A DNA stretch of 64,000 nucleotides from Chiloscyllium plagiosum (GCF_004010195.1 NC_057754.1:4940773-5004772); one strand, 5' to 3'. Shown: positions 23,238 through 36,778, numbered from the stretch's first letter. Notes: generated from the letters alone by a model not told the origin. Numbers and translations are program-made.

Positions 23238-24780
23238 GTACATCTCTGTGACTCTATCTAACTGTCCCATTTTAATCATCACAATTTAGAATTGTCAAAA
23301 GTACTTTTTTGGGATAGAGAGGAAGCAAGCCAGCAAGAGTTTCATGACCTTGATAATCTGGCCTCACTCTGAGGGACAAGAAGCGAAGATTTCCAAGCAG
23401 CTCAGATTCAGTTCTGTGAAGTGGCTATTCAAACGTTGTCATGACAGTAGCTTGGTAATATCAAAAAGACAGGCCTGGAGAGTGAAATGTTACAACTGGT
23501 TTCAAGATTGCCTAACAACATACAGTTTTACTTGGATTCATTTCATATGAGTGTGCTGATCGCAAGATTATGCAAATAGTTTGTGATGGTTGTGATTTTC
23601 CCCCATTCTGGATCCTGGTAGAATCTGTGAACAACCAATCAGCTGTCTGGAAACCTTAAGATCCAACAGAATTTCCTATCTTTATATGCCAAGGAATCCC
23701 ATCTCCAAACGCTCCTGCTTTCTGACTCAGGCAGAAACCAGGAAGATTATAGCCCTAATTTTGATATATATGTTGCATGCTATTATTTTTTGGCTGAGAG
23801 TCATTACCTTCTTATGCAACATCACCTGCTTGATACATCTTTTCCAAATGAAGGGAAGAGGGAAATAAACTGCAGTCTGTTCTCAGACAGTGTGGGTCTA
23901 TGAAGATTATTACTGTTGGAAAGTGCAGGACAGTACAGCAAGGGATGATTTTCCCTCCTTTTATGGGCGCAACTCACCTAAACCTGGCTTGATCTGCCGC
24001 TGGAGACACTTGAAACTTAGGAGTTCACCAGTGGAAACCCTTGCAGCTGAAATAGTACTACTCTGCAGTGATGTAGGCCCAAGATTCAAACAAAGCACTG
24101 AGCAGAAACCCAATGTAGCATTTGGAAGGGTGTTGCAGAATGTAGTGGAAATTGCTTCGGTTGGGAACTGGCCACATTTTTTTCATTTGGTTCTGTGGGC
24201 TCACTTCCATTTGTTTACAAGTTCCCTGAATTCACATAAAGGCTCCTGGTTCTCCTTCCCTGCACCACATTAGTGAATTTAAATGGTTTCATGACAATTC
24301 ATGATTGTTCTCATGGCCACCATTACTGGGATGAGCTTTGAATTCCAGATTTTCATTTGAATTTAATTTCTATCAGCTGCCATGGTACAATTTATACTTG
24401 TACTTCCAGAACGTTAGCTGGATCTTTGGAATCCATATACCAAACTATTTATTTCAGGTTTGAAAAGGAATGGAGACTTCTTGCTTAGCAGTGTTTTCAA
24501 GCTCAGCAGGGTGTGTCAAATGGTCTGTAGTGGATTGACAACCAATATCCACCTTTGTTTGATTTTCCTTTCTGTTGACTTTAGGGTGTATTACTTGTAA
24601 ATTGCGATTTACCCCTCCACCCATCCCCTATTGTATTATAACTCTTGATGAGGTTGAAATTTTTATTGGTAAATAGAATTGAAACTAACTGATGCAGTTT
24701 ATTTGTGTCCTTATTGACCTCAGACTACTGAATCAGTAAGAGCAGTATAAGTGAAATTCTTGTGATGTTTCGTTTGACAG

Positions 24781-24898
24781 GTTTACAGAGAAAGGCAATC
24801 TAGAGGTGCTACTTTTCACTATTCAAAGCAAAATGAGAGCTAACAACCAGAAAGTCTATATACCACGAGAAGGCAAACTGATCTCCGATATTAACAAG
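24781..24898 (+). CDS. SPTBN2: Beta-spectrin exon, 118 bp
   Basis: tgacag|G TTT...AAC AAG|gtgaca; [39 protein letters not shown]. Confidence 0.97.
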
Positions 24899-25264
24899 GT
24901 GACAAACCCTGCTTGCGGCTTTATGATCAACTAAATGTACAATAAAATGTAGAGTGCAGGATTGGCATTGAATCACTACTGCAAATGGCTTAATTTCTCA
25001 TCTGGAGGATGATTCAACACATTGTCCACTTTTCCTGATTTGATTTTTGTGGCTATTGCTTCTCCTTGCCTTCATAAACCACTCAGTCCCCTGCATCATT
25101 GCTGTGAGGGAACGAAAATTTGCAAAATGAAGTGGCTTCTATTTATGCAATACCTCATAAAACCTCACCACCTCCCAAAAGACTTTTCTTTTGTCCGTTT
25201 GATATAGTCAAACAAAGGAACACGGTAGTCAGTTGGTACACAGCAAGCAGTACAATATGACCAG

Positions 25265-25510
25265 GTGCAAAAACAAAATATTGCCAATGCTAGAAAACTG
25301 AAATTAAAAACAAAAAAATGCTATAAATGCTCATTAAGTAAGGCAACATTTATAGAAAGAGAAACGGAATTACCATTTCAGATTGAGATGATCTTTCATT
25401 AGAAGTTTAGTTACTCAGTTCTGATCTCAGGTCACCTCGACCTGAAGCATAGACCTTGTTTTTTTCTGCAGCTACTATCTGACATGCTGAGTATTTCTGA
25501 CATTTTCTTG
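25265..25510. mobile_element. Old, degenerate fold-back Penelope-derived short element
   Basis: Left arm resembles the reverse complement of 59420-59553; right arm ttctgatctcaggtcacctcgacctgaagcat...ctgacatgctgagtatttctgacatttt. Confidence 0.55.
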
Positions 25511-26890
25511 TGATTATAACAAGATGATCTGTTTCGTGTGATGCCGCTCAAGGATTAAATACTTAATCGGGCTTTTGGGGAAAACTTCCCAGCTCCTCTT
25601 AGAAGCAACGGCTAGTTTCATTTGTTTGGGTCCCTGAGAGGATAGCTGGAGTCTCTTTTTAATGTCTCATCTTGTGGCTGTTCTATGGTAGACGAGGTGT
25701 GTGCAAAATATTTAGGTGGTGTTGAAAGCATGAATCCAGAGTAGGACATCTGGTCAGTGGGATAAGAGGGAAAGTTTATTAATTTAAATTGGTGAAATAA
25801 TCCAGCTCGTAAGAGCACAAATATTTTGAGCTGATCAGAACAAAGTTGAATGCTGACCAGTATCATTTGGAAGTCTCTCATACAATCCTCTGCATGCCTG
25901 TTAGTGCTGTTGCTGCAGTAGCATTGAGCTGAGAGCAGGCAGTTTATTGCACAGATCAGACAGTTGGTTTCTGTTAATTTCTCAGCCCCTCTTCTATTTT
26001 TCCATTCGCCATTTAGGCCTTTCCCTTCATGGATCACTCTCCATTTAAGACGGCACATAAATAACATGGCTGTACTTCTCAAACTCATCAGCAGTGCTGT
26101 GTAATGTTATGCTCTGCAGGCTCCTTATCTATAATTTTACCTGCCATATTTTGCATCAACATTTCCTCAAGTGCCATGTTTCCAGTGTTCCAGCATTAAT
26201 CCATATGTCAGGGAGACACTAGCATGTGTTCTTTTTTGATGCCATCATCGGTTTTCCAAGCCAGATGCACATACGTAGAAAAATAAATATTTACATCTGT
26301 ATGGTCCCTTTCACTGCTTCCAGTGTCTCAAAATTGCTCAAAACAAAATAAAGTGTGGTTACCACTTTACTATTGGAAATGTGACCGTCAATTTAAGCAC
26401 AACAGGATCCTGCAAACAGCAATGTGATGGTCACCACGTGACACAGGAGAGAACTCGACACTTTTTCCTTGTGGTAGTGGCCATGGGATCTTTTATGCCC
26501 ATCTGAGAGGGAAGAAACCATCTCACTATTCAATTCAGACAGTAGCTAAGGTATAAGACAGTACTGATAGACCTTATATGCAACTGTGGACACTGAACGC
26601 TAACGGACTAATTGGTTACGGATGCAAATGAACCTGATTCTGTCCTCCCTTAACAACCATATGCATGCAGAGATGACTCAAGTGAGATCAGTAGATGGTC
26701 TACACCTGAGGTTCTCAGGCCATTTGCTAGATCTTTGTGCATTGTTTGGTTCTTGTTACTTGAGATAGTACATTTATCTACTGTGAGTAATGATACTTAA
26801 TGTTCAGGTAGCCATGATAACCTGTACATGAAAATAAGTGCTTTCACCACAGAGAGAGTGTCTCCTATATCTTGTTTCTGTACCATCCAG

Positions 26891-27049
26891 GCCTGGGAAA
26901 GACTGGAAAAAGCAGAGCATGAGAGGGAACTAGCCTTGCGAACTGAGCTCATCCGACAGGAGAAACTGGAACAACTTGCTCACCGGTTTGATCGCAAAGC
27001 AGCTATGAGAGAGACCTGGCTGAGTGAAAATCAACGTCTTGTTTCCCAG
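26891..27049 (+). CDS. SPTBN2: Beta-spectrin exon, 159 bp
   Basis: atccag|GCC TGG...TCC CAG|gtgagg; [23 protein letters not shown]...NQRLVSQ. Confidence 0.97.
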
Positions 27050-28424
27050 GTGAGGAAAGGCAGACACGCTCAAAAGCCTGTAACTCTATACTGTTACAGA
27101 GACACCGCCTGAAGTACAGGTGGAGCATTGTGTACTACATGACCTGCAGATTCAGGCACTGATACCAATAACAATACCAAAATTTGTAGGGTCAAAAAGG
27201 CACTTAATTAGACAAATCTCTGCTTTCAAATCATCTTGTACCAGCTCTGCATTTTCATCAGAGACTGTCGCCTCTATATGCATCATGTTAGTCCCATTAT
27301 ACTATCTGATTCAGCATCTTTCCTGTGATCATTTACAATTTGGATGAAAAATTCTGTGTGGCTTCCCTTTAAACTCACTGACACCTAATTTCTGTCTCCT
27401 CGGACTTGAACCCGGTGTCACAGAAAATGATTTTCTAAATCAAATTTGAAAGGTTATCCTTATAATCTTGAAAACCTTCAAAAAGGACACCTCAAGGTTT
27501 CTTTACCACAAAGTAAAATAATTTCCGTTATATTTGCATATTTCTTCAACAGAGGTACTTGTTCCAGAATTCCTTACACAGTGGCACAATATGTACTGAT
27601 AAAAGAGAAAATATCTTGCAAACATTGAAAATCTAAATTTGAAACCGGGTGGCCCACATCTATGTCAGCCTGTGAAAGTGATAAAATGATTTGAGTGGAA
27701 CTCGTCATTAGTATTAATTTGCTCACCGTCCTCTTTGGTGTTTTGTTTGTATAAAACATCTGTACAGAATTGTGGAACAGCTAAGTACTTCCATTTTCTT
27801 TCTCTAAATGTTATGACTTACAATCAGCAGTTGTTTATTTGGAGGCTGTACATTAGCTGACAGTGCTCAAGAGAGTTGTTACTCAAGAGTAGAGCTCTAG
27901 CTGTGTCCTGACACTTCTGATTGCTTAAACCTTACATATGCCTTTTCAACATTGCTTGAGCAGAATATTGGTTCCCACCAAGGACAGCAAACAAGCTCCA
28001 ACTCAAATATGCTGAAAGCAGTGTGCCAGCCCTCAGTAGAACATTGTGTATGAAATTTTAGCTCCAGTTAAACACATAGGGTATTGTGCCTGCCAGGATA
28101 ACATAATGGGTAGATACTAAACTGACTCCCAAGACATACAGGGTGAGCCACCTGCAGGGGAAAATCACATTTCGCATTGCAGCCATGCTATCAGAAATCC
28201 CATGCAATGTATTTGTAAACTCATATTTATGAAGGGGAGGGATTTCCTTGGAAGCTACTTCTACTCTGCTGTTATAACTCCACCATGGGTTTCAGATTTC
28301 ACATTGTCCATCAGTGGCTCCTATTTCAATTTCAGATCCAATTTACCTCACAGAAGTGGCCATCAGTGTCCCTTCATTTGAGGATTATATCTACCCTGGG
28401 TCAAGAGGTTCTACCCTGAATCTT

Positions 28425-28710
28425 AGAATGATAGAATCCCTACATTGAGTTCCCACTGACCCTCCAAAGAGGATCCCACCTAAGACCCCCTCCCACTACC
28501 CTATTCCTGTAACCCTACATTTCACATGGCTAATCCATCTATCCTGCATATCTTTGGACAGTAGGGTAAACCTGACCACTCAGAGGAAACTCAAGCAGAC
28601 ATGGGGAGAACATGCAAACTCCACACAGACAGCCACCCGAGGCTGGAATCAAACCTGGGTCCTTAGCACTGTGAGTCAGCAGTGCTAACCACTGAGCCAC
28701 CATGCTGCCC
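28425..28710 (-). mobile_element. HE1-like V-SINE
   Basis: tRNA-like head on the minus strand (gggcagcatggtggctcagtggttagcactgctgactcacagtgctaaggacccaggtttgattcc). Confidence 0.88.
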
Positions 28711-29044
28711 TAAATCTTCAGACTTAATGTGAATCGGGCCGTTTCCTGACTTTGTTGATTGTTGAGTACGTGAGGCAGAGCATCCGACAAGGTAGTGGAA
28801 TTTGGAATGTGAAATTTACCTCCATCAACTCAACTATTTACAGTTATTTCTCTTCACAGAAATTCAAAATTGACAGGCAAAAATTGACAACTGAGTCATC
28901 AAGTCTGATGGAATTAATAGTAAACACTTCCTCCTCCTTTCCCCCCCGCAGTCCACTCCTTCCAATGCAATCTCCTTGAAGAGGCAAAAACCTAAGGACC
29001 AATACTCTTTTTAAATTGAACTTTTTTTCATTTTTTGTTTTAAG

Positions 29045-29347
29045 GACAATTTTGGAATAGATCTGGCAGCAGTGGAGGCTGCCACAAGGAAGCATGAGGC
29101 CATTGAGACAGACATTAATGCCTATAATGAGCGTGTCCAGGCTGTGGTGGCTGTCGCCAAGGAACTGGAGGCTGAACGTTACTACGATATCAAACGCATC
29201 ACAGTCAGGAAGGACAATGTTATCCGCCTGTGGGACTACCTTCGGGAGCTGCTGCACGCACGTCGTGAACGTCTCATGAGGAATCTCGAATTGCAGAAGA
29301 TGTTTCAGGAAATGCTGCACATCGTGGATTGGATGGAAGATATGAAG
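29045..29347 (+). CDS. SPTBN2: Beta-spectrin exon, 303 bp
   Basis: tttaag|GAC AAT...ATG AAG|gttggt; [23 protein letters not shown]...DWMEDMK. Confidence 0.96.
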
Positions 29348-29870
29348 GTTGGTAGCATGTTGGGCAGCTTGTGTACTTTACTGCACGCTTCGTGTAAAAG
29401 AACCTCTGTATCAACATTTGTTTTATAGTGTGGTGAGAAGAATTCTGAGGGGGCACCTCCAGGCTTGAGAGAAACTTGAAGCGTATACCACTGTCTCAAA
29501 GAAACTTTTGTGGGAAGGACAGAGTAGGCAATAGGATTAACGAGGTTGTACTTCAAAGAATTGGGGTACAAGAACTGAAAGAAGTGATGGGGAGGAGAAA
29601 GCAGGTCAACGGCAGTGATCCGGTAACATCAAAGTTTTGTCTGGAGTAGTCTGCTGGAAATGACTTGAATTGGTCAAGATTAGACAATGGAAGAATTTTG
29701 ACATGAAGATCTTAAAACCACAAGGAGTAACCTAAAATCCATTAATATGAGTGTCTGTAAGCATAGAACTTAGGTTACTGGACAGATCACTGGGTGTATG
29801 CATTCTAATCTCACCATTACAGTTGAAGAATCTAAACTGAATTAAATAAATCAGGAATAAAAAACTAATA

Positions 29871-30190
29871 CAGGGGAACCTCGAATATCCAAACGAGATG
29901 GGTAGGCACTACTTCATTCAGATAATCAATTATTTGGTTAATCGATTAAATGCCTTTCCTCTGGGGCTCGGAGTTTTTAAAGTCTGCTCCCAGTTCAGAA
30001 GACTGCAGCAGCACACAGCGCTCGAGACCCTGCCCCCAACACCACCCCTGCCTCTGTCCAACAGCACACCCACCCCCAGCACAAAGCGCGCGAGTCCTCA
30101 CCACGAGAAAAGTAGGCAGTTTACAGCAATTGAGTACTGGGTGATCTACTTGTGGTTACAGCTGTGCCTGGCTGTAATATTGCTATAAAT
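29871..30190. mobile_element. Possible left end of a Tigger/pogo-like DNA element plus GC-rich body
   Basis: TA|CAGGGGAACCTCGAATATCC resembles Tigger-type TIRs; no right TIR found. Confidence 0.4.
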
Positions 30191-30432
30191 TCCTCCAATC
30201 TGCACCATTCTTAACTGAGGTTAGTAACATTTTGAAATATAAGAAGTGTGTTTTTGTGTAATGTTTAGAGGCCTTATGAATATGCCTACATTGGTATGTG
30301 TTGGTACCTGTAATGTTATAGAAGTGTTACTGTTGCTCGTAATTGAATTGGAAATGCTACAGCTGCAGGCTGGTCATGGATATGCATCTCGCAACTATGA
30401 TACTGAGCCTTATCTCTGAGTGTTTCTTTCAG

Positions 30433-30586
30433 AGCCGCCTGCAGTCACAAGATTATGGCAAACACCTGCATGGTGTTGAGGACCTGCTTCAGACGCACAC
30501 ATTGGTGGAGGCCGATATCGCAGTCCAGGCAGAACGAGTTAAAACAGTTAACACTGGTGCGCAGAAATTCATTACCGGTGAGGAAG
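30433..30586 (+). CDS. SPTBN2: Beta-spectrin exon, 154 bp
   Basis: tttcag|AGC CGC...GAA G|gtatga; SRLQSQDYGKHLHGVEDLLQ...KFITGEE(G). Confidence 0.96.
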
Positions 30587-32079
30587 GTATGACCAAAGCA
30601 TCTGCAGCATTTCATTCTGCTGCAAGGCAGTGCCATTTGCTTAGCGTGCTTCTGCTTAGAATGTGATGTGTCTTGCTGTTTATAGACACTACACCTTGTT
30701 CCGCAGAGAGATTGAACTGGCATTCTACGTTTTCTGCTCTCATGATAAAGAAGTCAAGGATATGCTATTATGTGGCAGTACTATCCTACAGCAAGTGCAA
30801 ATGCCTTATTAAAATCAAACAATTTAATAGAGCACTTGGATTTTGATTTCTACTCCTGTTGGAGCCTTATTTTAGCAGCAACCCAAAATGACACAGTTAA
30901 GGTAGCAGAGCAGGTATTTGCTGCTTTGGCTTGAGTTGTGTCATCCTGTAAAATTAACAGTGCTGAGAGGGATGTCTTAAACAAAGACATTGCTAAGGAT
31001 TGGAATTCTTAACATAACATTATGGAGCAGTAACGGCATTGCAGCTGAAACAAGTGATATATTACTGAAATAGTGGGGTCACAGTCTAAAGGACAAGTTC
31101 CTACAATGTCACCCACTTTTTTTTTATCTGGTTATGAGACCTACTTTTGAGGTTATTCACCGTAACTTAGTAAATAGCAAAAACTGAAAATTGCATTTAC
31201 ATTCAAAACAGGTGCCATTGTATGTGTGTGAATGGGAAACTTCCTCCCTCATGCACCTGTCTACAGTGTATATGTTTTTACTGGATAGTTGTGATGGCAA
31301 TAGACTTTACTGTCATAAAAGATATATGAAATAAGAGCTAGACTAGGCAATATGCCCCCTGGGGTTTGTTCTGCCATTCAAATAAGATCGTGTCTGATAG
31401 AAGCTTAACTTCAACTTCACTTTGCTGTCTTGTTTCTGTAACCCTTGACTCCCCTGTAGTTCAAGAATCTATTTCGGTCTTGGATATATTCAGTGACTCA
31501 GCTTCTAACTGCATTTTCAGTGATCAAAATAACATCCTCCATAGGAGTATCTATTCAGAACAAGGCTGGTGAAGACTGTGCAGAGTTGTGGCTGCAGTGA
31601 GAATATTGACATGTTGACATGTTTCACTATATCTAGTTTCCTTTACCACAGCTGTTAAAGGGGAATAATGTCCGACCTGAATTCCCAAATTTGTAAATCG
31701 TTTGGAGCAATTTCTGGCCCAGGGCTTCTTGTCATCTTATTGGCATGTGAAACAGGAGAGAATCTCATTGAACAGAAGAGTGAACAGTGACTTAGTGATT
31801 TCAGTTGGCAGTCAGGATTATCCTATTGTTGGTCTCTGCCCAGCCGAGATTTAACTGAGGGTAAAAGTGGAAGATTTAATCATTGTACCATTCAACCACT
31901 GAACCTGGCATTTTCACAGCCTCAGAACATTAAGTACACAGCTTCACACATGATAGTGTCAAAATGTGAATTACTTGTTGCAGTGTAGTACACTGAAAGA
32001 ACCACTTGCCTTACTGACATGGACTGAAAGCAGATGATGCTGTTCTAAGCTACTTTGCTAAGGTAACCTGCTAGAACTC

Positions 32080-32605
32080 TATAGGGTGTTGCTGAGGCTG
32101 TACCTGGAGTTTGGTCTCCCTTTTTAAGGAGCAATATACTTGCATTGGAATCATTTCAGAGAAGGTTCACCAAGTTCATTACTGGGCTGCAACAGTTATC
32201 TTATGAGAAAAGGATATGTAGGTTGAACATTACCAGCTGGAAATAAAGAGAGATGATCTTGTTGAAACAAAGTTCTGAAGAGGGTTGACAAGATAGATAC
32301 TGAGAAATGTTTCCCCTATTGGAGTAGTCTAGAACTAGGGAGCGGAGATTCAAAACAATGGGACCCCACTAAAAAGAAATTCATCTCCCAAAGGTGTGTT
32401 AATTTTTGCAACTTTCTACTTGAGAGAGCACTGGAAACTGGTCATTGAACATATTCAAGGCTAAATAAAATGGTTTTTCACTTACAGGGGAGTTGAGGGT
32501 TAAGGGACAGAATTTGGGGTTAAAGCCACAATTAGATCAGCCATTATCTTACTGACTTATGGAGCAAACACAAGGGACTGAAATGCCTGCATATTTTTGT
32601 ATGTT
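32080..32605 (+). mobile_element. Degenerate CR1 3' fragment
   Basis: Collinear similarity to 12010-12580 (ttcagagaaggttcac..., tctagaactaggg, agatcagccat). Confidence 0.65.
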
Positions 32606-32734
32606 CTACTCTTTCTCAGTTGCAACTGCATTGTAACTAATTGTGCATTGAAGAAACTTGTAGATGGATAGCCGATGGGTCAAAAAAGGATCATTCACAT
32701 TTCTCTTCCTAAATAGCATTTATCTCCCTGCTAG

Positions 32735-33605
32735 GTTACAAACCGTGCGACCCTCAGATTGTCCAAGACCGTGTCACACACTTGGATCTTTGCTATCAGG
32801 AGCTATGCAAACTTGCAGCAGAGCGTCGCGCAAAGCTCGAGGAGTCACGGCGCCTTTGGAAGTTCTTCTGGGAAATGGGTGAAGAGGAGTCCTGGATCCG
32901 GGAGAAAGAGCAAATCATGTCATCAGAAGATTATGGCAAGGATCTGACCAGTGTCATGATGCTAATCAGCAAGCACAATTCTTTCAAGGATGAAATGAGC
33001 GGCCGCAGTGGTCCTCTGCAGCAAACAATAAAGGAGGGAGAGGGTTTAATTGAAGAGGGGCACTTTGGGGCCAGTGAAGTCAAGGAGAAAATTGAGGACA
33101 TTCGAGGACTATGGGCACATTTGGAGGAGTTGGCAGCCTTGCGGGAGCAGAGATTGAATGAGATCTCCAATCTGTACCAATTCCAGGCAGATGCCAACGA
33201 CATCGAGGCTTGGATTCTTGACACCCTGCGCATTGTGACCAGCAGTGACGTCGGACACGATGAGTACTCCACACAAACCCTAGCCAAAAAACACAAGGAC
33301 ATAGAAGAGGAAATTCACAACCACAGGCCCACCATTGATGCCTTGCACGAGCAAGCCCGAAGCCTGCCAGCTGACTTTGCCCAGTCACCAGAGGTAGATG
33401 GCAGGCTTCCTGCCATTGAACAGAGGTATGAGGAGCTGGTTGCCCTTGCACAACAGCGGAAACAGGCCCTGCAGGATGCACTGGCACTTTACAAGATGTT
33501 CAGTGAGGCAGATGCCTGTACACTTTGGATTGACGAGAAAGAGCAGTGGCTGAACACCATGGAGATCCCTGAGAAACTTGAGGACTTGGAAGTTGTTCAA
33601 CACAG
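32735..33605 (+). CDS. SPTBN2: Beta-spectrin large exon, 871 bp
   Basis: tgctag|GT TAC...CAC AG|gtatga; YKPCDPQIVQDRV...LEESRRLWKFFWEM...EDLEVVQH(R). Confidence 0.97.
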
Positions 33606-34570
33606 GTATGACTTTAGTGAATGCTGAATGCAAGTATGATCTACCTACGAGCTTTACTCACCTACATGAGGCACCGAGCCCATATTTTGTACTCAAGCTA
33701 ATTAAGGTAGTTAAATAAATCATAGACAACTCTGAGTTTAAAAAATTCTTCCAATCTTGGTGCTCACTCTCTTAGTGATAGTTTAAAATTATTTTTCATT
33801 ACCAGTTGCCTTCCCTTTTTCACTCTGAATTGATTATAATTATAAAAGTTTATATTAAATCACCCTTCCTGCTCTCTTCTGCTCAGGTGCGAATAGTTTC
33901 CATTATGGAAAGAACATTAAGACTCCAGGAGTAATTAAAATCACTTTTATATGATGATACTGTGCATAAGAGACCACAGGTACAAGGGAAATTTTAGATC
34001 CCTGGGCTATTTCCACTGGGACAGAGATGATCAAGATGAGGGGCTTTGATAGAAATCTTGAAAGGATTGCCAGTCTTTGAAAAAAGCCAGAGACAAAAAA
34101 AAACCTGTAGATGCTGGAATCCAAAATAGACAAGCAGGAAGCTGGAAAAGCACAGCAAGCCAGGTAGCATCAGGAGATGGAGCATTCTTTTCTCATTGAC
34201 TAGTATTCCTTCACCAACTCACCATTGCAAACAGATTAACGAATAGTTTTTCTCTAAACCTTGCCATTGTTCTCAACATAAACAGCAATTGGATTTCAAA
34301 ACTAATTGTTTCATTTTGATGTCTTAAAACCATGATAAGATGCTGATTACTAAATTAGGGGCTTTAAATTTTGGAATTTTTTCCCAAACTAGTCATCTCT
34401 CTTCTTGACGATACTTTCAACTAGGTTTCGGCCATGTCATCATATGGAACATGTTACTACATTAAAGACATTGCACAACTATAACTCATATGTAGGTGTA
34501 TGTTACTGTTACTCTTAAGTTGAATTAATTTGAATAATTTGGATATTTTTCCTTTTTGCTTTCATACTAG

Positions 34571-34708
34571 GTTTGAAACACTTGAGCCAGAGATGAACAA
34601 CCAAGCTTCCCGCATTGCTTCAGTCAACCAGGTTGCCAGTCAGTTATTAAGCAGCGAGCACCGTAACAAAGACGAGGTCACTGCTATGAAAGACCAGCTC
34701 AACAGAAG
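34571..34708 (+). CDS. SPTBN2: Beta-spectrin exon, 138 bp
   Basis: tactag|G TTT...AGA AG|gtgagt; FETLEPEMNNQASRIASVNQVA...DQLNR(S). Confidence 0.96.
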
Positions 34709-34785
34709 GTGAGTCCGACAGAATCGTACACAGATTTCTTACCTTCTAATTGTCTAGATACAACAAGGGAATTTCTTTATCCAAA

Positions 34786-34929
34786 GTGTTCTGGGGACCT
34801 GGATTCAAATCCTGCCATGGCAGATGGTGAATTTTGAATTCAATAAATATCTGGAATTGAGAGTCTAATGACGACTATAAACCCATTGTTGATTGTTGGA
34901 AAATTCGATCTGGTTCACAAATGTCTTTA
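34786..34929 (+). mobile_element. SINE family B fragment abutting a 3' splice site
   Basis: ggattcaaatcctgccatggcagatggtg...atctggttcacaaatgtcttta is collinear with 62811-62945. Confidence 0.85.
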
Positions 34930-34942
34930 ATATTTGTTTCAG

Positions 34943-35699
34943 CTGGGATCAGTTCCGTAGCCTTGCTGATCAGAAGAAGGAGGCGCTCAGCTCTGCCCTC
35001 AGCATTCAGAATTACCACCTTGAGTGTAATGAGACAAAATCATGGATTAAAGAGAAGACCAAAGTTATTGAGTCTACTCAGAGTCTCGGAAATGATCTGG
35101 CTGGTGTCATGGCCCTTCAACGCAAGTTAACTGGCATGGAGCGGGACTTGGAGGCCATTCAGGGCAAACTGGACGACTTGCAGAAGGAAGCAGAGAAACT
35201 TGCCTCAGAGCATCCAGAGCAGGCAGAAGCCATCTTGGCCAGGCTTTCAGAAATCAGTAGTGTGTGGGAGGACCTAAAGGACACCTTAAAAAAAAGAGAA
35301 GAATCACTGGGTGAAGCCAGCAAGCTGCAGGAGTTCCTGAGGGACCTGGATGATTTTCAGTCATGGCTGTCTCGAACGCAGACTGCCATTGCTTCAGAGG
35401 ATATGGCTACATCGCTGTCAGATGCAGAGAAGCTCCTCACCCAGCATGAAAATATTAAGAATGAGATTGATAACTATAAGAATGATTATGAGAGGATGCG
35501 TAAGGTCGGGGAGGAGGTGACTCAAGACCAAACTGATGCTCAGTATATGTTCCTGCACCAGAGGCTTCAGGCTCTAGATACAGGATGGAATGAACTGAGC
35601 CAAATGTGGGAGAACCGGCATGACCTCCTGGCACAGGTGTACGGCTATCAGATCTTCCTGCGTGATGTTAAACAGGCAGAAGGGTTCCTTAATAATCAG
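34943..35699 (+). CDS. SPTBN2: Beta-spectrin large exon, 757 bp
   Basis: tttcag|C TGG...AAT CAG|gtacag; WDQFRSLADQKK...NYHLECNETKSWIKEK...AEGFLNNQ. Confidence 0.97.
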
Positions 35700-36227
35700 G
35701 TACAGTTATGATTGACTAATCCATACAGTCAGATGGCCAGGGCCTGTTGTTGACTGAATGATATTCGTTTTATTAACCATTTAGGGTCAGTAACCAGAGA
35801 ATGCAGATTAAAATTTATTGACAGGAAATGTCTGGGAGGAAATTAGTTAAAATAAATGGTTTACTTAGAAAGCTGGTTTAGAAATCACTGCTGAAAAAGG
35901 TAGATAAAACTTTCAAAAGTAAATTGAGTATAGGCTTAAAAAGGATGGAAGAGTGACAAGGGTATGGATGAAGTCTAGAAAACCAATTTGATAGCTATTT
36001 CAGAAACCAAACACACAGGCACAATAGGTCGACTGGCCCAGAGATTCTGCTGCTGATTGCTGTTTACTCACCAGTGATGAAATTATGTCAGGTAAAAACA
36101 TGATATCTCATTGTGTGAATAATGGGAGAGATGCAGGAATCCTGTAGAGCAGTAACTTTAGGAGAAAGACATGAATCAGTAATTCCATCTACGACATGAC
36201 TTACAAATTGTTTTCCTTTAATTTCAG

Positions 36228-36430
36228 GAGTATATGTTGTCACACACAGAGATGCCTGCTACCCTGGAGATGGCTGAGGCTGCCATCAAAAAGCATGAGG
36301 ATATCGAGACCACCATGGATGCCAATGAGGAAAAAATCAACAGTGTGGTGGAATCAGGAAAAAAACTTATGAGCGAAGGGAATGTTCATGCCGACAAAAT
36401 CAAAGAGAAAGTGGACTCCATTGATGAACG
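36228..36430 (+). CDS. SPTBN2: Beta-spectrin exon, 203 bp
   Basis: tttcag|GAG TAT...GAA CG|gttggt; EYMLSHTEMPATLEMAEAAIKKHED...VDSIDE(R). Confidence 0.96.
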
Positions 36431-36734
36431 GTTGGTTTTTGTCCATTATTTATGTATGGAATTGTCCAGGGCTTGACCGCTGGCAATCCTTCTATCATCC
36501 AATGCTGGTGTTGCAGTTGTGGAAGAAGATTTGAGTTATTGTCTCTGCTATTTATAAAGATTTTAGTTTTTATAACTGTACCAAGTGTAAGATGCGTATC
36601 CTGCTAGTTTTTCAAAACGTAAACCCTCGACCTGTTCACTGGATGTTCTTATACTTAAAGGATATTTATATTTGTTGCTGTAATAGAAATGAGGCTGAGC
36701 ACAACTGTCAGGTCAATAAAACAAAATTCCTGGA

Positions 36735-36778
36735 TCTCTCTCTCTCTCTCTCTCTCCCCCCCCCCCCCCACCCCCCCA
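36735..36778. repeat. (TC)n microsatellite plus poly-C
   Basis: tctctctctctctctctctctc followed by C runs. Confidence 0.9.

Noticed and set aside
25618..26088. 156-aa minus-strand ORF as a nested gene
   Set aside because: No recognisable domain; it partly overlaps SINE-like remnant sequence, and this length is compatible with chance.
32931..33633. Antisense ORFs overlapping large spectrin exons (also 28844..29320, 51800..52171, 55839..56303)
   Set aside because: Typical shadow ORFs opposite real coding exons; no independent coding features.
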